Assembly: GCF_009914755.1 (NCBI RefSeq)
Contig: NC_060930.1
Length of the DNA stretch: 64,000 nt
Origin: the human T2T-CHM13v2.0 reference genome, Homo sapiens
Strand: one strand, 5' to 3'
Below the pieces are notes generated by a model. That model ran no database searches. It was not told where the DNA came from and saw only the letters and a program-made list of their open reading frames with translations. Shown piece after piece: positions 58,898 through 64,000 of this stretch; the first letter of the stretch is position 1, and every line of letters begins with the position of its first letter. The position numbers and the translations under genes are program-made.

Positions 58898-61794
58898 TAG
58901 GTTTATAATGTTAATAAACCTAGGAGCTGCAGTTTCTGTAAATGCAGTCGAGGCAGCTGTAAAGAGGGTTATTGTTGGCTGTATCCATATATAACATGTT
59001 TAATAGGCAGAAACTGTATATAAATATAACTGTGCATAAATGCATAAGTTTTATACATTTCCAAAATGAGATGATCACGTAAATGCCTGCATTACTTAAG
59101 GACATAGAATTATCTGCTCTGTTTAAAGGTTTTATATTTAAGAGAGGGTACATGTTTGTAATCCCTGTTTTCTGTTTCTGAAGTTTATCTTTCACCTTTA
59201 CAGATCACTAGCTTGAAGATTGAGATCAGTTTGCTTTTTACCGTCATACACTGTGAACAAATGCACAGCCTCTAAATAGGGAGAGGCCCACTTTGACCTT
59301 CCCATATTTTCCTTCTGGGTTATTTTGGTGGGTCTGTAATACTATATGTGTATTAATGGTGTCTTTGCAGTGTTTACCTAGATTTCTGTTTGAAAAAGTT
59401 TGAAAAATATGACAAGATGTAAATATTTAGAAGCCGTGATTACTGGCAAACTTTTCTGAATTTTTATGTAGAGACTCTTGGTCCATCAACAGTATTACAT
59501 TATAGCTCAGCTAATTCTCATAATGTTTCTTAGTTGGGGAATCAGATAACTAAAAACTAAGTTCAGAAGCATTTTTTAATTTTCCATTTTAACCATTTTT
59601 GAATATTGATAAAGATATTTAGATGTAGCAGAAATAATAGCTCCTGTCTATAGAGCTGGGGGCGGTGCTAACACACAATGATACAGCTAAATGACAATCC
59701 ATGAGAAAAACGAGCCAAAAACAAAATGAGCCCCAAATTATATTATCGTTAACTAGATATCAAAGGCTGATGACTCTAAATCCAGATTATAGAACTTTGA
59801 GGATTTAGAAATTCTGCAGTAACTGAATAATCTCAGGTCTTTTTTGTTTGTTTGTTTGTTTTGTTTTACTGAAGCCCCTAAATCCTACTCAGCTGAATTG
59901 TAAGGCAATTGGAAGGACTTGAGAAATTTTAGAGAAGACTTCTAGAGGGTTTATAGGACCCCATAGATTAGTGACTTTATAAACTCTAGCCCTTCACTAG
60001 GTGTGCTTACTTATTCTTATAACCTGTGGTTTGAGAATTTTTTTGTTGGAGATGCCTAAACATTAAGGAGAAAATAATGTATTGGCCACTATTCTTTCAT
60101 AATAGTGGTTTCAGCCACAAATAGATCATATTTTGATAGCTTTGAGTATCAAATTCTGTCAAATATGATCATTTCCTTTGAAAATGGGCAAATTCTGAAA
60201 GTTGAACAGCAGTATAGAATACACATCAATGAATCAATTTTATGTCCATTAACTCCATACTTGGCTTTTTATAATGCATTATACTGAACATTGATAGAAT
60301 GAAAATATTTACACCTACACATGCATGTATGTATACATTCATATAATATGCACATTTGCATGGGCAGGTTAAGTTGACTGTTTTCCTCTAAAACCTTTGC
60401 AAACTGGAAGCTTAACCAGGAAGGAAGCATAGTATCCGGTAGCAAAATGATAGAATGATCCTGAGATATTAAAAAATAATTGCGTTTTTAAGACTCTATC
60501 TTTTTTTGGTGCTACAATTTGAAATAGATGAACCACTCCTCCCCACTTTCAGAGAGAAGGAGAGAAAGAGAAACTATTGAACCTATAGTTTTATGAGGAA
60601 GTATAATTTCTAAACATGCCTAAAAAGAATCAGAGGAAGTACTTAAAATTAGATTTTCAGGTCCCTCTGAAAGTTTGGGGTGGGACCCAATAACCTGTAT
60701 TTTTAATATGAGACCTGGGTGAATCTTATCAGTAGACACCTCTGGGGAATAGTAAAGTATCAGATAAAGCAAATAGATAGTGATACCTTGTTTCATGGGC
60801 AGAAATTAAATGTATTTTTTTATCTTTAGCTTAAGATAATTTTTACTCTAAGTAAAAAACTAGTACTTCTATTCAGAAATCTCCCCAGGCAGAGAAATCT
60901 CCATGCAAATTATTGCCTTTAGGTTAGCAAGATTTTTTCCATGTTACATGAATATATTTTCAACGTTAGCTTATGCGACAATATTGGAATATAGGTATGT
61001 ATTTCTCTCACGTATTTACCTTTAAATGTATTGTGCTTAATGTACATTTGTACATATATCCATTAAGATATTCAGACCGAGAACACACATGAAAGTGGAA
61101 TTCTTGGGAATACCAAATTTGCAAAAATGCAAACAAAAATACCAGCCATCTGACAGAATCTTAGTGGCTGGGTCTGTTTATTAGTAAAAACAACAAGCCA
61201 CTTTTTGCTGTGTGGACAACTCTCTGAGGTCAGGCAACAGGCACCAGAACTGCAAATTTTAGTAACCTCTCTTCATAAAAGATAGGGGCAGGTGATTTTG
61301 TAAATAGTCAAAGTAAGATGGTCAGTCAAAGCAGACGCAGTTATGGTATCATTTGATTGGTGAAAAGTTTTTTAAAAGGGTGAGTGATACGCATACTAAA
61401 GCAGTAACTAAGACTTAACAACCAGGCTAGACTTTCTTAATTTACTCCAGCCCAGGTTTGTTTTCCTTTATGTCAATGGATGAATTGTTCCTCACCACAT
61501 GGTACATATGGTTCCCATTAACTTTGTCTTTATCCAGACGTTTTTCATTTCTACCATTAAATCTTGAGTTTTGAAATTGCAGAGGCAGGTTGAAATTGGT
61601 AAAGAAAGTCTATTACTTGTGTGTTTATGGCAGTGTTTAAGGTTTATTTTTGGAAATCCTTAGTCCTGTTCACACATTCTTATATTCCACTTTCAAAGAC
61701 AGAAATGGAATCACAGTTGACCTTATCACTATAGCAGCAAGGGTGGATGATTTTCCCCTCTTGCACAAATTAAAATGGTACTCTGTCCTTTTGA

Positions 61795-62016
<222 letters not shown>

Positions 62017-62431
62017 TGATCTTGGTTTTCCTCCTTTCTCTTCTATGTTGCTTCTAGCCATTCTGGAGCATGTTAGAACTTCTCCAGAGGGAATGATAAG
62101 GGAAAGCAGAACTGATTGTATCCAGAAATCTTATTGTTCATTTATTATAAAGGTCAAAAGCTTGGGGAAGAAATGTTGAGACTGAAGTCTGAAATTAACA
62201 TTTTAATTTATCTTTGCTCATTTTGTTGTTGATATGATTATTTGATAATGGACTATTCTAAAAACATGGGAGAAAATAAAAATATTTGAATAAAGAAAGT
62301 GCAAGAACAAAATGGGCATAATTTAGTAATGGATAGCTGCTGACTGCCCCACAGGTGCCTTGGATATAACCAAGGTAAAAAAAAAATTTCTTCATCTAGA
62401 GACTGGTTCTGCCTCAAGGTAGGGGATTTTA

Positions 62432-62931
62432 CTTCCAATATCAGTGCATATGAAAAAATGTATCAGAAACTCAATGTTGCGCAAACTTCAGGAAGTTCTC
62501 TGAGGTACAGATGAAGCTTTTATAACTGGTTATATCTAATGCCTCAATATGATGCAGTGGAAGTCTCCCAGGAAAGTTATAGCAATGTTTCCTTCAAGAA
62601 AAATAATTCTTCAATGTTTTCTTAACTGTGCGGGATGGAGATACCAGTTTTATGGCATTGAATTGTTGGGTGACCCTAGAGAATCCTAAAATGAGAGGAG
62701 CAGCAATAGCTTCTTCTGCGTGAAACAGACAAAATGCATGTTTTTGAAAAATTCATTTGAGAAAAACGTGTAAGACTGTCTTCCAAAATCTGAAAGACAA
62801 GACAGATATCTCTAATAGCACAATTCAAATGCTGCCTGTGGACCAGAGGTGGCCCACTAATGGATGGTTCCCCAGAGGAAGCATCCAGAAACTTCTTGAG
62901 CTTCCAATATCAGTGCATATGAAAAAATGTA
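62432..62931. repeat. Perfect 31-bp direct repeat pair (62432-62462 and 62901-62931)
   Basis: CTTCCAATATCAGTGCATATGAAAAAATGTA occurs twice, 438 bp apart. Confidence 0.95.
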
Positions 62932-63180
62932 GTTTTTCATTGTAGCACCAAAAAAGATAGAGTATCCAAACACATGTTATCTTTCTGATTTTTCTTTTTT
63001 ATTGTATTTTAACAGTGTATTGGTTTGTGCTAAATTGGAAATATAAAAAACCAGTTTATCACCACATTGAATGTAAGAAACACTGTTTTCTATTTCCTGG
63101 CACAGTAAAGAGCTACATGATTGTTTAGAGCTCCTGATTCAGCCTTTTTTTAAATAAGTACAAACAAAAGCAATAGAGTA

Positions 63181-63489
63181 TTCATTCATTCATTCATTCA
63201 TTCATTCATTCAGGATGGAGTCTTGCTCTGTCACTCAGGCCAGAGTGCAGTGGTGCGATCTTGGCTCACTGCAACCTCTGCCCCTAGGTTCAAGTGATTC
63301 TCCTGACTCAGCCTCCCGAGTAGCTGGGATTACAGGTGTGTGCCACCACACCTGGCTAATTTTTGTATTTTAAGTAGAGATGAGGTTTCACCATGTGAAA
63401 TCCTTTCTCAGTCTCCTGACCTCAAGTGATCCACCTGCCTCAGCCTCCCAAAGTGCTGGGATTACAGGTATAAGCCACTGCACCTGGCC
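63181..63489 (-). mobile_element. AluS with a (TTCA)8 tail
   Basis: Antisense dimer whose tail has become a tetranucleotide repeat (63181-63212). Confidence 0.92.
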
Positions 63490-64000
63490 TAGAGCATCCT
63501 TTTAAAATAAACTTATTTTAGAAACAGTTTATTGATAACCCATGGCTCCAGGAATGGCCTTAAAATGCTTACTTATGACACAAATAGTACATATTATACT
63601 AACAGAAATCTTCATGTGAGAACTACACTGAAAGTTTGAATTTTTCACTTTTTTGCATTTGTTTTTTCTTAAAGAATTTACTCAGAAAGTATTGATTTTT
63701 TTAATTGCGAAAAAATTTGCTGAATGCACTTTTGGTTTGAACTTCATTTTAACATTAATACTGCTGATTTAGATTATAAGGAAAGAGATTAAGTCTCATA
63801 TGAAGGAAATACTATCTTCAAAATGAAACCTTGGTTTCAATGACTTTCAGATACCATTTTCACCAACTTAAGTTTGTAAACGTTCTCAAAGTTTCCGTGG
63901 ACTTGCCAACTGGTTTTCATTGTTTCAGAAGAATTAAATCAAAGTTCCTGGTGTCAGATCAGCTCAGCACTGAAGTTTGTTAATTTCAGCCAAGCTTATT

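Noticed and set aside
61080-61430. Possible ancient LTR fragment on the minus strand
   Set aside because: Only generic AATAAA and CCAAT cues; termini and family could not be assigned.

Overview
This is primate (almost certainly human) AT-rich genomic DNA lying entirely inside one large + strand gene, CARMIL1 (LRRC16A, capping-protein regulator). I reconstructed 13 consecutive GT-AG coding exons (2903-61893, 1372 nt in total). They splice into one uninterrupted frame covering the C-terminal LRRs and the helical dimerization region. There is also a frame-preserving 12-nt microexon (15271-15282, Leu-Gly-His-Cys) that the ORF track misses. The rest is intron: about 20 Alu copies or fragments, old L1 remnants, two LTRs, DNA-transposon relics and microsatellites. 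Most ORFs in the supplied track are Alu-derived or random. I see no convincing new biological system. The most interesting signals are (i) the LGHC microexon; (ii) a possible TDP-43-repressed, STMN2-like cryptic terminal exon built around a (UG)18 repeat; (iii) a roughly 90-bp twin-primed L1 insertion; (iv) a young 5'-truncated AluYb8; (v) a perfect 31-bp non-tandem duplication; and (vi) a single GC3/CpG-rich exon among AT-rich neighbours. Gene identity and repeat subfamily names come from recalled sequences, not database searches.
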